Source of the DNA: Geosiphon pyriformis uo1
Taxonomy: Eukaryota; Fungi; Glomeromycota
Direction: 5' to 3'
Assembly (NCBI GenBank): GCA_016748015.1
Contig: JAAOMT010000218.1
Coordinates: 41,877 to 54,302 of the forward strand
Length of the DNA stretch: 12,426 nucleotides
Position 1 is the first letter of the stretch. The number at the start of each line of letters is the position of its first letter. The notes below the pieces were generated by a model. The model saw only the letters and a list, made by a program, of their open reading frames with translations. It was not told the DNA's origin and made no database searches. The position numbers were made by a program, and so were the translations under genes. Of this stretch, positions 1 through 8,410 are shown in pieces.

Positions 1-1221
1 AATAAAGACATTAAATACTACATGGAAAAATGCTACTCTCAAATAAAACAACCAGCAAGGTCCAATTCTAAAGAATATGAGTCTGAATCCAATAATGCAG
101 CAGCCACACAAGAACAAGCTCACTCCACAGTCAACAAGAAACCAAGATTTTTTTCTTCAACAACTTCATCATATTATCAAATACTGGAAAGTAGAATTGT
201 ATTTAACCCAACCACAGAAACCCAGACAAAAACACCACAAACTCCCAAAAATCAACATTCATGAGGTCACAACAGTTAGACCAAATCCCTAGGAGAATAT
301 GAATTATTATTTGGGAACCTCACCTCAACAATTAATAAAACAGACAAAAATACATTAACATGAGAACCACCACTAATTCAACTCTTAACCAAATCATTAA
401 CTACCTTTTCTGAAAAAACAGCTATTCTCCAGCCCATTGAAAAAATTAACAAAGAAAAACAACCAGAATTAGCACCAGGAGAACTTTCTAGCATGCAAAC
501 TCCAAACCTCTCAGCATTAACTAGTAAGACTTCACTTACCCACCAAATTATGGCTTACTGAAATATTGCCAAGTTAAAAAAATTCTCTGGCAAAGAAGAC
601 AACACATACTTGTAGATTGTGAAAGCTGAGAAAGCAATTACTGCTAACAACTAAGATGATAACAGAACTATTTAAGCACTGCCATTTTTTTGACCAGAAC
701 TGCAGACTTGTAGTATCAAAGCCTGACAGAAAAACCCACCAACTTTACCACCTTTAAACTTTGCCTTTCTATGATACTTTTATGACCCCAATACTCTTAT
801 CAGATTACAGAATCAATTTAGTATAATAAAACAAAAAGATCATGAAGCAGTGACCACTTATCTTGGATGATTTAACCAAATCTTTTGTTAAATACTGGCA
901 ATTGAAAGAGACTACTATACCATGGTGCAAGTTTTTAATCAATTTGTCAAAGAACTAAGGAGCAGTCTCTTAAGATCCATGAAATCCTAACATCTGACAA
1001 ATTTACCAAATGCCATTACCCTTGCTCATGATTTTAAGTCAGCAGAACAAGAAGCCAACTACATTTAAGCTGTTAATTTAGCCATCAATGAAACCACAGA
1101 CATTGACACAAAAATAATCCAATTAAGTGAAAAATTAACTTAGAAAATTGAGGGATTCTTAACCAGTACCATAGAAACTTATTAGCCACTCCAACAAAAA
1201 AACAATAATAGCAGTAGGTAT

Positions 1222-1254
1222 CAACAACAACAGAATCATCAACAACAACAACAA
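1222..1254 (+). repeat. Imperfect (CAA)n tract encoding poly-Gln in Gag
   Basis: caacaacaacagaatcatcaacaacaacaacaa = QQQQNHQQQQQ in the gag frame. Confidence 0.8.
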
Positions 1255-1278
1255 CCTTGGAGATTCAATCTCCATAAT

Positions 1279-1320
1279 TGTTACTATTGCCAAAAATCTG
1301 AACACATCATCCAGAACTGC
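1279..1320 (+). other. Retroviral-type zinc knuckle CX2CX4HX4C
   Basis: tgt tac tat tgc caa aaa tct gaa cac atc atc cag aac tgc = CYYCQKSEHIIQNC, in the gag frame. Confidence 0.95.
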
Positions 1321-1894
1321 TGTAAAAAAGTAATGAACCAAAATCAAGGAAATTAATATTAGTAACCGAGATATCCTCAAAACATAGTATTATAATACTC
1401 TGTACCTTAATATTAATTGTCTTAATACTCACAACAAATTTAGTATACCCAGCAATCACCTTAGAACTACTATTAGTCATTGCAACCAATGGCTCAAGCA
1501 GCACTCCAGTACTAAAACTCCATTAATAACCAATCTAAACATCATGCAATTAATTACAACCAAAGATGAAGAAATCCCAGCAACAATTAGATATTAACTA
1601 ACAGTATACCATCTTAATCCCTAAATTGTAATAATGTCTCATCTCGATTAGTACCAACTGGATACCCTAACCAAGTTTCATATCTTGGTCTTACTAAAAA
1701 CCAGGATTTTTATAGCTCTACATCTTTAGAAAGAAAGAATATAAGAGAAACTCCCAACTTTTCAAGATGAAATCAAACCAACTATTACTATTTCATCTGT
1801 CACTATTATTGAAAATACCACCCTTACTGCTATTTTTCTCTTTACCATTGACAGTTTGAACACAAATAGTCTTTTCAATGGAGCCACCATAAAT

Positions 1895-2270
1895 CAGGAC
1901 AAACCAATTATGACTCTGTACACTGATACTAGAGTTAAAAACATAGACATTAAATTAATTTTTAATAGTAGATTAGCAAACAGTATAATAATAAAACAAC
2001 TCATGAATTAATTAAGTTACCAAGTAGATCATGTTGCAACCATCCAAATTATTACTACAGATGGCAATATTAAAACCCCAATTGGAAAAATTGATAACTT
2101 CCCCTTTGAAATCAACAGAATTCAAATTCCTACAAAAGTTCTGGTCATAGAAGCCATGCAATATCAAGCTTTCATCAGAAATAACTGGTTGGCCAAAGCC
2201 CATGCCACTTTTAACTGGAACACACAGGAATTACAGATTACTTTTAATAGATAACATGCTTAAGTCCCAG
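1895..2270 (+). pseudogene. Retropepsin-type aspartic protease domain, inactivated
   Basis: Frame +2: LYTDTRVKNIDIKLIFNSRLANSII. NSR at 1964-1972 is DSG with two G>A changes. It is followed by the flap IITTDGNIKTPIG and by QAFIRNNWL (from xxLxGNDWL). Confidence 0.88.
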
Positions 2271-2489
2271 CTATGTGTGAACATTTTAAAGTTCAAAGCT
2301 CAAAGGAACCACTAATTGAATTTGAAGATACAACCCCACCATAAAAATCTATCAAGCTATGTAAGTGGACAATTTCCAAACAGAGTTACCCCTACCACCA
2401 ACTTAGAAAAAAAAAAGGAAAAAGCAGAAAAAGAACTACAATAGACACCTGCAGACTATTTCACCTTAAGTCAAGGAAGTCAATAGTAT

Positions 2490-3130
2490 CAAACCCCAAA
2501 ATTAATTTGTGTCAACTGTGGAAAAAAGTTATCTTCTATGAGTGCATGTATCAGAGATGATGAAGAATGGCCAACCATCATCAAACATTACTGCAAATCT
2601 TGTGTGTTGGAAAGATTTGGCAGACCAAAACAACAAGGCAAATGGGACAATACACCATGTTTTGTCTATAATAAGATCCTACTAGATAAAGGACTATAAA
2701 ATGATATTCTCAACAAAAAAAGAACATACAACAAAGCATATCAATACATTATTTTAATCAATAATTGAATACAAAAAGAAACTCCAATTAATGATGTCTA
2801 GAAACAAGTATTACAACAATTAGATAGGTATCTCCATAACAAACATAAGATTTGGAGAATGGTAAGTGCAAAAGTAGAGAGTGCTACAACCAAAAAATTA
2901 CTAGAAATTCAAAACAATCCCTTATTCTTTCTAGAACCCAAATATATTATGACTTTTAATATTTTTGGCAATATTGTAGACAATCCAAAATATTTCCACA
3001 AGCACTACCAAAACCTGGCACCAACTAAAAAAAAGCAGAAACAAAGGCTAACTGACCTAAACATGAAACTGTAGAATTATTGTTTGATCTCTTGCCATTT
3101 TAAGTACTGTGATAAATGCGATATTATGTT
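2490..3130 (+). pseudogene. Cys-rich (multi-CxxC) domain of unknown function inserted in pol between protease and dUTPase
   Basis: Frame +3: CVNC (2508-2519)-x24-CKSC (2592-2603); CFVY (2658) and YNKAY (2727), where Tyr codons are single G>A changes from Cys; a predicted helical stretch; then *NYC-LIS-C-HFKY-CDKC (3072-3119). Same frame as the dUTPase. Confidence 0.7.
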
Positions 3131-3278
3131 CAACTCATTTCCAAGAAAACTATACCCAATCACCAAACCACTAGAACTCAAGGTAGAAGAGGATTTAATT
3201 ACTAAGAACATGTTGTTTCAAGATTCAACTGAGGATACTAAAACAGAATAGTATTTTGCATATTCCAACCTATCTAAA

Positions 3279-3713
3279 GAATTAGAATTAAAATAGTACA
3301 GTGACAACAAAAAAAAAATCTGCCTTAAAAGAGTGCATAACACTAATGCTAGTTTTGACTTATAATACTCCAAATAATTATCCATAATTATAGTCCCACA
3401 TTCCCTTGTAAAAATAAATCTTAATATAGCATTAGAAATTTTTGTTAGTACAATGATACAAGTTGCCTCTTAATCTAGTTTAGCCAAAAAAAAAATTGAC
3501 ATAAAGGAAGGAATCATTGATGTCAATTACATGAGAAACATCATAGTAATACTATAGAACAATTCAAACAAACTCTATAAAATAGAATTACAAAAAAAGA
3601 TTGCCTAAGCTATCTTTTTATCCCTAGTCAAAATACCCCAATTAATTTTGGTAACAACTCAAGAAGAATTAAGTTTCACTGCTCAAGGAATTCAAAGATT
3701 TGGATTAAGTAGA
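3279..3713 (+). pseudogene. dut: Trimeric-type dUTPase domain within pol
   Basis: All five motifs appear in order in frame +3: I ASFDL (3348, from AGFDL); II AS*SSLA (3465, from ASRSSLA); III GIIDVNYMRNI (3510, from GIIDxxYxGNI); IV KIA*AIF (3597, from KIAQ); V QGIQRFGLSR (3684, from RGxxGFGSSG). Confidence 0.93.
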
Positions 3714-3761
3714 AGAGGAAATGTACTAGTCAACTTCACAGAAAAAGACAGTGATCAGGTA

Positions 3762-4001
3762 GAACTTATTTATACTAACACAATTATTTCTATTCTTTTA
3801 TACTGACAATATATTCTTAAAGTAGATCAAAAAATCCAAAATCAAGTCTTAGTATTTAAAGCTAATTCCAAAATCTGTTCTTTAGCCAATATTGCTAACC
3901 TATACTTATTTGCAAAGACTCACAAACATTTCAAAATCCCCATCTAAAATCCTATCAAGGATATTGTCAAAATCCTGAAAGGAACTCTAGTTGGCTTTAT
4001 T
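3762..4001 (+). pseudogene. Second, motif-less dUTPase-like beta domain between dUTPase and RT
   Basis: TIISILLY*QY...KIPI*NPIKDIVKILKGTLVGFI parallels the dUTPase scaffold SIIIVPHSLV...IIVIL*NNSNKLYKIELQKKIA*AI with similar spacing (50 vs 54 codons between the anchor positions). No catalytic motifs. Confidence 0.45.
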
Positions 4002-4189
4002 ACACCAGACATACTGAACTCAAAAAAACTTCAGCCCATTCCAGATTTTGCACAATTGTTTTTATTTTGTGACATCACTTTACAAGTATGGAATCAACCA
4101 AAAAAAAGTTACTTGTTCACACCAGAAAAGATCAATAAATTGAATCTCAAGAACTTAAATACCCTGCAGCAAATGCAACTTAAAGTTCT

Positions 4190-5139
4190 CTTGAATCAAT
4201 ATACTGATGTCTTTGCCAGTGAAAATAAGTTTGAACATACCAACATTATGAAGTATCAGATTGATATAAAAGACACTTGACCATTAAACAACAAACTTAC
4301 TGAATACTCTTATTTGACAACAATCTTATCAAACAAGAAATTTAACAAATGCTTAACAATGGCTTAATTAAGGAATCATTAAGCTCTTGATCCTCTCCAG
4401 TAGTTCTAATTACCAAGAAAAACAGAAAGATATGATTCTGCATGGATTACCAAAAATTAAATAGTGTTATCTAAGAAGATAGTTACTCCACATCTCTTAT
4501 CCAAGAAATCCTGAACAATCTAGAAAAAAAAAATGGTTTTTATCATTAGACCTAGCCAGCAGATATTGGCAAATTGAAATAAATCCCAAAGATAAAGAAA
4601 AAATGGCATTTACTACTTGAGATAGAAACTTCAAGTTCAATATAATGCTCTTTAAACTTTGCAATACTCCTGTCATGTTTTAACATCTTATAGATGTTGT
4701 GTACAAAGAAATTCTTTGGAAATCAGTCATAGTTTACTTAGATAACATAAACATTTTCTCTAAAACATTTGACAATTATCTGCTCTATCTTCAACAAGTT
4801 TTCAAATGTCTTCAAAATACCAGATTAAAACTTAATTCCAAGAAATGTTTTTTTGGAAAAACCAAGTTGAGATTCTTAGGACACATGATTGGCAAAAACA
4901 GAGTCAAATTCGACTTAGATAAGGTCCAAAAAGTTAAAAATTTTCCAGCTCCAATCAACCTCTAAGAGTTACAAGAATTTTTAGGATTGGCAGGATACTA
5001 CTGCCAATTTGTCAAAGGGTTTTCAACTATTGTAAAACCTTTTTATCACTTGTTGCCCAAATACATGCCATACTTGTAGAAGGAAGATCAACAAAAAGCC
5101 TTCAATTATCTTAAGCAGTAACTGATCATATCTTTAATA
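4190..5139 (+). pseudogene. pol: Reverse transcriptase (Ty3/Gypsy type) plus connection subdomain
   Basis: LLNQYTDVF, SS*SSPVVLITKKN, FCMDYQKLN, LDLASRYWQI, KMAFTT, MLFKLCNTP, VYLDNI (YLDD>YLDN at 4735-4746), KKCFFGKTKLRFLGH, FLGLAGYYCQFVKGFS. 1-bp frameshifts near 4282 and 4530. Confidence 0.97.
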
Positions 5140-5538
5140 TTGATTTATCCCAATTTCACTAAATGTTTTATTGTCACTACAGATGTCTTGAAGAATACAC
5201 TAGAAGTCATTTTGTTACAAATAAAACTAGACAACAGGGAATATTCAATTGTATATGCTAGTTGTAGCACAAGTCCAGCTGAGAAAATTTATAGCACAAC
5301 AGATCTAAAATGTCTTGCTATCTATTGGGCAGTACAAATGTAAAAACACTATCTCAATCAACCATTTGATCTATATACAGATCATAAGAGACTTATTTGA
5401 TTACTCAATAACCCACAACTGGAAAAAAAATATGCAAGATGGAGTACTTATCTGCAACAATTCTTACTCAAAGTCTATTACAAGAAAGGATCCAAGAATA
5501 CCAATGCTTACAGTTTGTTGAAAATGCCACAAATCTAA
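5140..5538 (+). pseudogene. RNase H domain (RT_RNaseH type), ending at TAA 5536-5538
   Basis: Frame +1: YPNFTKCFIVTTDVL (from TDAS), IVYASC, AEKIYSTTDLKCLAIYWAV, FDLYTDHK, ARW, YKKGSKNTNAYSLLK (from GxxNxNADxLSR). Confidence 0.93.
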
Positions 5539-5548
5539 TTCCAAACCC

Positions 5549-6916
5549 ATGGACACACTCACTTATCAACAACTACTTCAGTACCTATTAACACTATGTT
5601 TCAAGGAGATATTATCTCAATAGAAACAAAGTACCATACAAAAACAAGCCCAAAATTATTTTATTTAAGACAACCAACTATATTAACAAGAATGCCAAAA
5701 CTGCTCCATTCTACAATGAGTTATAAAAAACAATGAAAAAGAAACTATATTACATAGTATACATTCTGATTCAACCACAGAACACTTTAACAAAGATGCT
5801 ACTCTCAAAAAAACACTAAATTTATACTATTGGCCAATAATATACAAAAATATTTTCAAATATGTGCTCAATTGTAACTCATGCCAGCAAAGAAAAGGAG
5901 CAAGATCAACAGAACCACTTTGATCGATTCTAGTTGGAAATTTATTTGATAGAATTGGGATCAATTTGGTTGAACTTCTTTTAATTACATCCCAAAAAAA
6001 TTGCTATATTGCTGTAGTCATAGACTATTTTACAAAATGGCCAAAATCCAGAGCAATCTAAGTGACCAACACCAAAACAGTAGCCAAATTTGTGTATCAA
6101 AACCTAATTTGCCAACATGAATACATGAAAAAATTATTATCTGATTAGAGAACATATTTTGTTAATAATATATTAACTGAACTAAGCCAATAGTTTGGAA
6201 TAAAGTGATCTTTATTGTTACCATACTATCCATAAATGAACAAACTGATAGAACAATTTAACCAAATACTGTGTAAAGCACTAGCAAAAATAAGTCATAA
6301 AAACAAACAAGAATAAAACTTATTCATACCTTCTGTACTTTTTGTATACCAAACATTGAAACAAAATATGACTTAGTTTACATCATTCAAACTAGTTTAT
6401 GGAAGAAAAGCTATATTACCAATTGAACAAGTAATACTGTCATACTCAACAAAAACAATTAATGAAGAGAATTTTGAAGCTATCTTATACCAAAGAAAAT
6501 ACCAGCTAATAAAAACATTGAAAGACAATTAAAAAACAGCAGCTGACAATATTAGTTACATTCAAGAATGACAAAAAAAAAGACATAATAACTGTCTATC
6601 AGAACAACCAATAGAATTCAAGATTGGAGACCAAGTACTATTATATCATACAAAAGCTGAGAAACAGTGGAGTGGAAAGTTCGACCCAAAGTAAGACAGT
6701 CTATTCTACATACATGAAGCTTTAGAAAATAGAGCTTACAAATTATAATTGGAAGACAGAATTTTAAAAAAAGTAGTGCATGGAAATTGGTTAAAAATTT
6801 ATCATGCAAAACAGGAATTATCATCATCAGTACCTCAGTTAGAAACACAAATTTTATTAATTAGACCAAAAAATATATCACAAGATCTGAAACCAATTAT
6901 TATCATCAAAATATAG
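5549..6916 (+). pseudogene. int: Integrase (HHCC zinc finger, DDE core, GPY/F module), apparently a separate ORF
   Basis: Frame +2 without frameshift from ATG 5549 (MDTLTYQQLLQYL). H5762/H5783/C5873/C5882 with YYWP; RIGIN (D>N at 5963), DYFTKWP, LLSD (6143), E at 6251 (D-x35-E); FKLVYGR; FKIGDQVL...WSGKFDPK*DSLFYI (from KWxGPF). No chromodomain is visible. The true stop is 6916 or possibly 6940. Confidence 0.95.
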
Positions 6917-7734
6917 ACAATGTACAGCAAATTAAATTAAGGAATTCAAATATATAACATTAGATAAAAGCAGCAAAAAATGATAAAACTTTTAACATAA
7001 ACTTGTCAGATCAAATTTTACAACTTTTGAAACAACTATTTAACACAATTCAACAATCTTTTGTTTAAATAAAAGTGACAATCAATAGAAAAAAAATACA
7101 CTATAAAAATAGGAGCAAAAAAGAGATGGGCACAAGTTCAACTAAAACCAATTATTCTCATCCTTACATTCTGCCTAAGAAAAAAATTCTACAAAAAAGA
7201 ATTAAATCATCTCAGACAGGGCTTGAAGAAAAAGTAAAGAAATGAGAAAAAGTTTGTAAAAGAAGATACTTGGTCCCTAAGCTTAAAAAAATTAAAGAAG
7301 CTTTAGCTCATGGAATTAATCTCCTTAAAACAGGGGAATAGACACCAGACAATGCAAAGAAATAGAAAGAAAAACTTTTTTTAGCTTATTGGTTTTACAA
7401 AATGGGTGGACAATTAGACTTAAAGATGCTATATAAAGACTTCAGCCAGAAAACTTTCAACAAAGAAACAATGCAACAAGTAGAAAAATTCATAGAAAGA
7501 AGCAATCTGACTCTATATTACAAAGCAGCATACCAATTATATGCCACTTTCTAACATTGTTCAAAAGTACTGTTGTATGGATCTATAAAGATGATAACAG
7601 TTAACAACATAAAACAAATTACCAATCGACAGTTCAAAGACCTATAAAAAACAATACTCAATACAACCATTGAACATTACATGAACAAAAACATAGAAAC
7701 AAATACATATAATTTTGCAGAAGCTCAATTCTAA
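6913..7734 (+). pseudogene. Extra ORF (~270 codons) of unknown function downstream of integrase, in the env position
   Basis: Frame +1 has only 8 internal stops (6955, 6961, 7066, 7243, 7339, 7363, 7552, 7645), each one or two transitions from a Gln/Arg/Trp codon; density is comparable to the integrase. Protein-like text: DQILQLLKQLFNTIQQ...KEKLFLAYWFYKMGGQL...YYKAAYQLYATF*HCSKVLLYGSIKMITVNNIKQITNRQFKDL...FAEAQF*. It ends exactly at the PPT. The start is uncertain (ATA 6913 as a mutated ATG, or ATG 7126). Confidence 0.7.
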
Positions 7735-7745
7735 AAAGAAAAAGA
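7733..7745 (+). other. Polypurine tract (plus-strand primer), G>A eroded
   Basis: 13-nt purine run aaaaagaaaaaga overlapping the stop of the extra ORF and ending 3 nt before the inferred LTR start. Confidence 0.6.
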
Positions 7746-7800
7746 TAATATTACCTGAGTAAAAAAACCAATCTGAAGTTATAAAAAAACATGACCAGAA

Positions 7801-7960
7801 CATGACATAATACAAAATAGCATGCAATAATATTGAATAACATGTTATAACTTAGAATAATGCAGAATAACACATTACAACATAAGATAACACAGAATAA
7901 CACATAATAACACTAAATAATGTGTTATAATGTAGAATAACTAATAATAACATAGAAAAA
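7801..7960 (+). repeat. Tandem array of 16 degenerate 10-bp units (YRYRnnATAA) in LTR U3
   Basis: catgacataa tacaaaatag catgcaataa tattgaataa catgttataa cttagaataa tgcagaataa cacattacaa cataagataa cacagaataa cacataataa cactaaataa tgtgttataa tgtagaataa ctaataataa catagaaaaa; exact 10-bp period, trailing into CAATA-containing units to ~8020. Confidence 0.88.
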
Positions 7961-8038
7961 CAAAGCAATAATAGAAATAACAAAGCAATAGTTACCAATA
8001 ACAAAACAATCAGAAGCAATCCTGTAAAACCAAAAGAA

Positions 8039-8048
8039 TATATAAAAG
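8039..8048 (+). promoter_or_regulatory. Candidate LTR TATA box
   Basis: TATATAAAAG, downstream of the U3 array and upstream of AATAAA, as expected for an LTR. The AT-rich background weakens this. Confidence 0.45.
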
Positions 8049-8159
8049 TAAGTAGTTGTAAAAGGCAGAAACAAACAGACAGATAGATACAAACTCCTGA
8101 ACAAGAATCAAATATCCATACCTCTTTATTATTTATTATATTTCATATTTATCTTCTGA

Positions 8160-8165
8160 AATAAA
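8160..8165 (+). terminator. Candidate LTR polyadenylation signal
   Basis: AATAAA ~115 nt after the TATA box, preceded by a TA-rich tract and followed by a GT-rich tract (ttgttttgtatttttgtttc). Confidence 0.35.
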
Positions 8166-8338
8166 TCAATTGTTAAGAAATCAGAATCACAAATTCATGT
8201 TCTCAAACTTTGTGGAATTTACGTGAATTAACTATTGTTTTGTATTTTTGTTTCAGAACAGATGCTCTTAGCATAACCACCTTGAACTATTAATGATTTG
8301 GACCAAATGCTCTTGATCATGACAATTAACAATACTAA

Positions 8339-8410
8339 TTCTTTTCTTTCTTTCTTTTTTTTATTTTTCTTTTATTTTTATTTATTTTTATTTATTTATT
8401 TTATTTTTTT
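8339..8410 (-). repeat. A-rich tract on the - strand (T-rich on +), possibly a retroposon tail
   Basis: ~70 nt of T runs punctuated by single C or A, with TTTA/TTTC units. Confidence 0.6.

Larger units (their letters stand above)
1..1780 (+). pseudogene. gag: gag: N-terminal low-complexity extension, capsid (Retrotrans_gag-like) domain, CCHC nucleocapsid and Q/P/Y/N-rich tail
   Basis: Frame +1 from 550 reads MAY*NIAKLKKFSGKEDN..*IVKAEKAITANN*DD..ALPFF; after a compensated frameshift (~690-760) it reads LQNQFSIIKQKDHEAVTTYLG*FNQ (major-homology-region-like Q..E.V..Y..RF), then NQFVKELRSSL and AITLAHDFKSAE. The supplied ORF 22..264 is in the same frame. Confidence 0.88.
1..8324 (+). mobile_element. 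Degenerate Ty3/Gypsy (Metaviridae) LTR retrotransposon; 5' LTR and PBS lie outside the window
   Basis: Manual translation through stops gives the order Gag-CCHC-PR-(Cys-rich)-dUTPase-RT-RNaseH-IN-extra ORF-PPT-LTR. RT-RH-IN order is diagnostic of Ty3/Gypsy. There are many premature stops (from CAA/CAG/CGA/TGG) and a few 1-bp frameshifts. The right boundary is inferred from the LTR call. Confidence 0.95.
7749..8324 (+). repeat. Probable 3' LTR (~576 bp)
   Basis: Begins TATTAC just after the PPT and ends ATGACA; both are transition-mutated forms of the inverted pair TGTCAC...GTGACA. Contains a repeat array, a TATA box and AATAAA in U3-R order. The partner LTR and TSD cannot be checked in this window. 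Confidence 0.55.

Noticed and set aside
1159-1504. Minus-strand hydrophobic ORFs 1159..1380 and 1307..1504, which look like membrane peptides
   Set aside because: Antisense shadows of the CAA-rich gag region; TTG/GTT repeats yield Leu/Val runs.
1770-1800. Frame change between gag (+1) and protease (+2) as a programmed ribosomal frameshift
   Set aside because: No clear slippery heptamer or Ty-type +1 site; a local actatt duplication and several other decay indels explain it more simply. It needs a consensus to settle.
6920-7237. ATG at 6920 opening a small ORF in the integrase frame
   Set aside because: Six stops in the first ~53 codons, no better than random; frame +1 is the convincing reading here.
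6618-7827. Minus-strand ORFs 6618..6848 and 7642..7827 (also 2012..2203)
   Set aside because: Short antisense shadows of integrase, the extra ORF/LTR and protease, with no recognisable motifs.
7801-7960. Periodic array as a CRISPR or telomeric repeat
   Set aside because: Units are 10 bp with no spacers, are degenerate, and lie inside a eukaryotic LTR.
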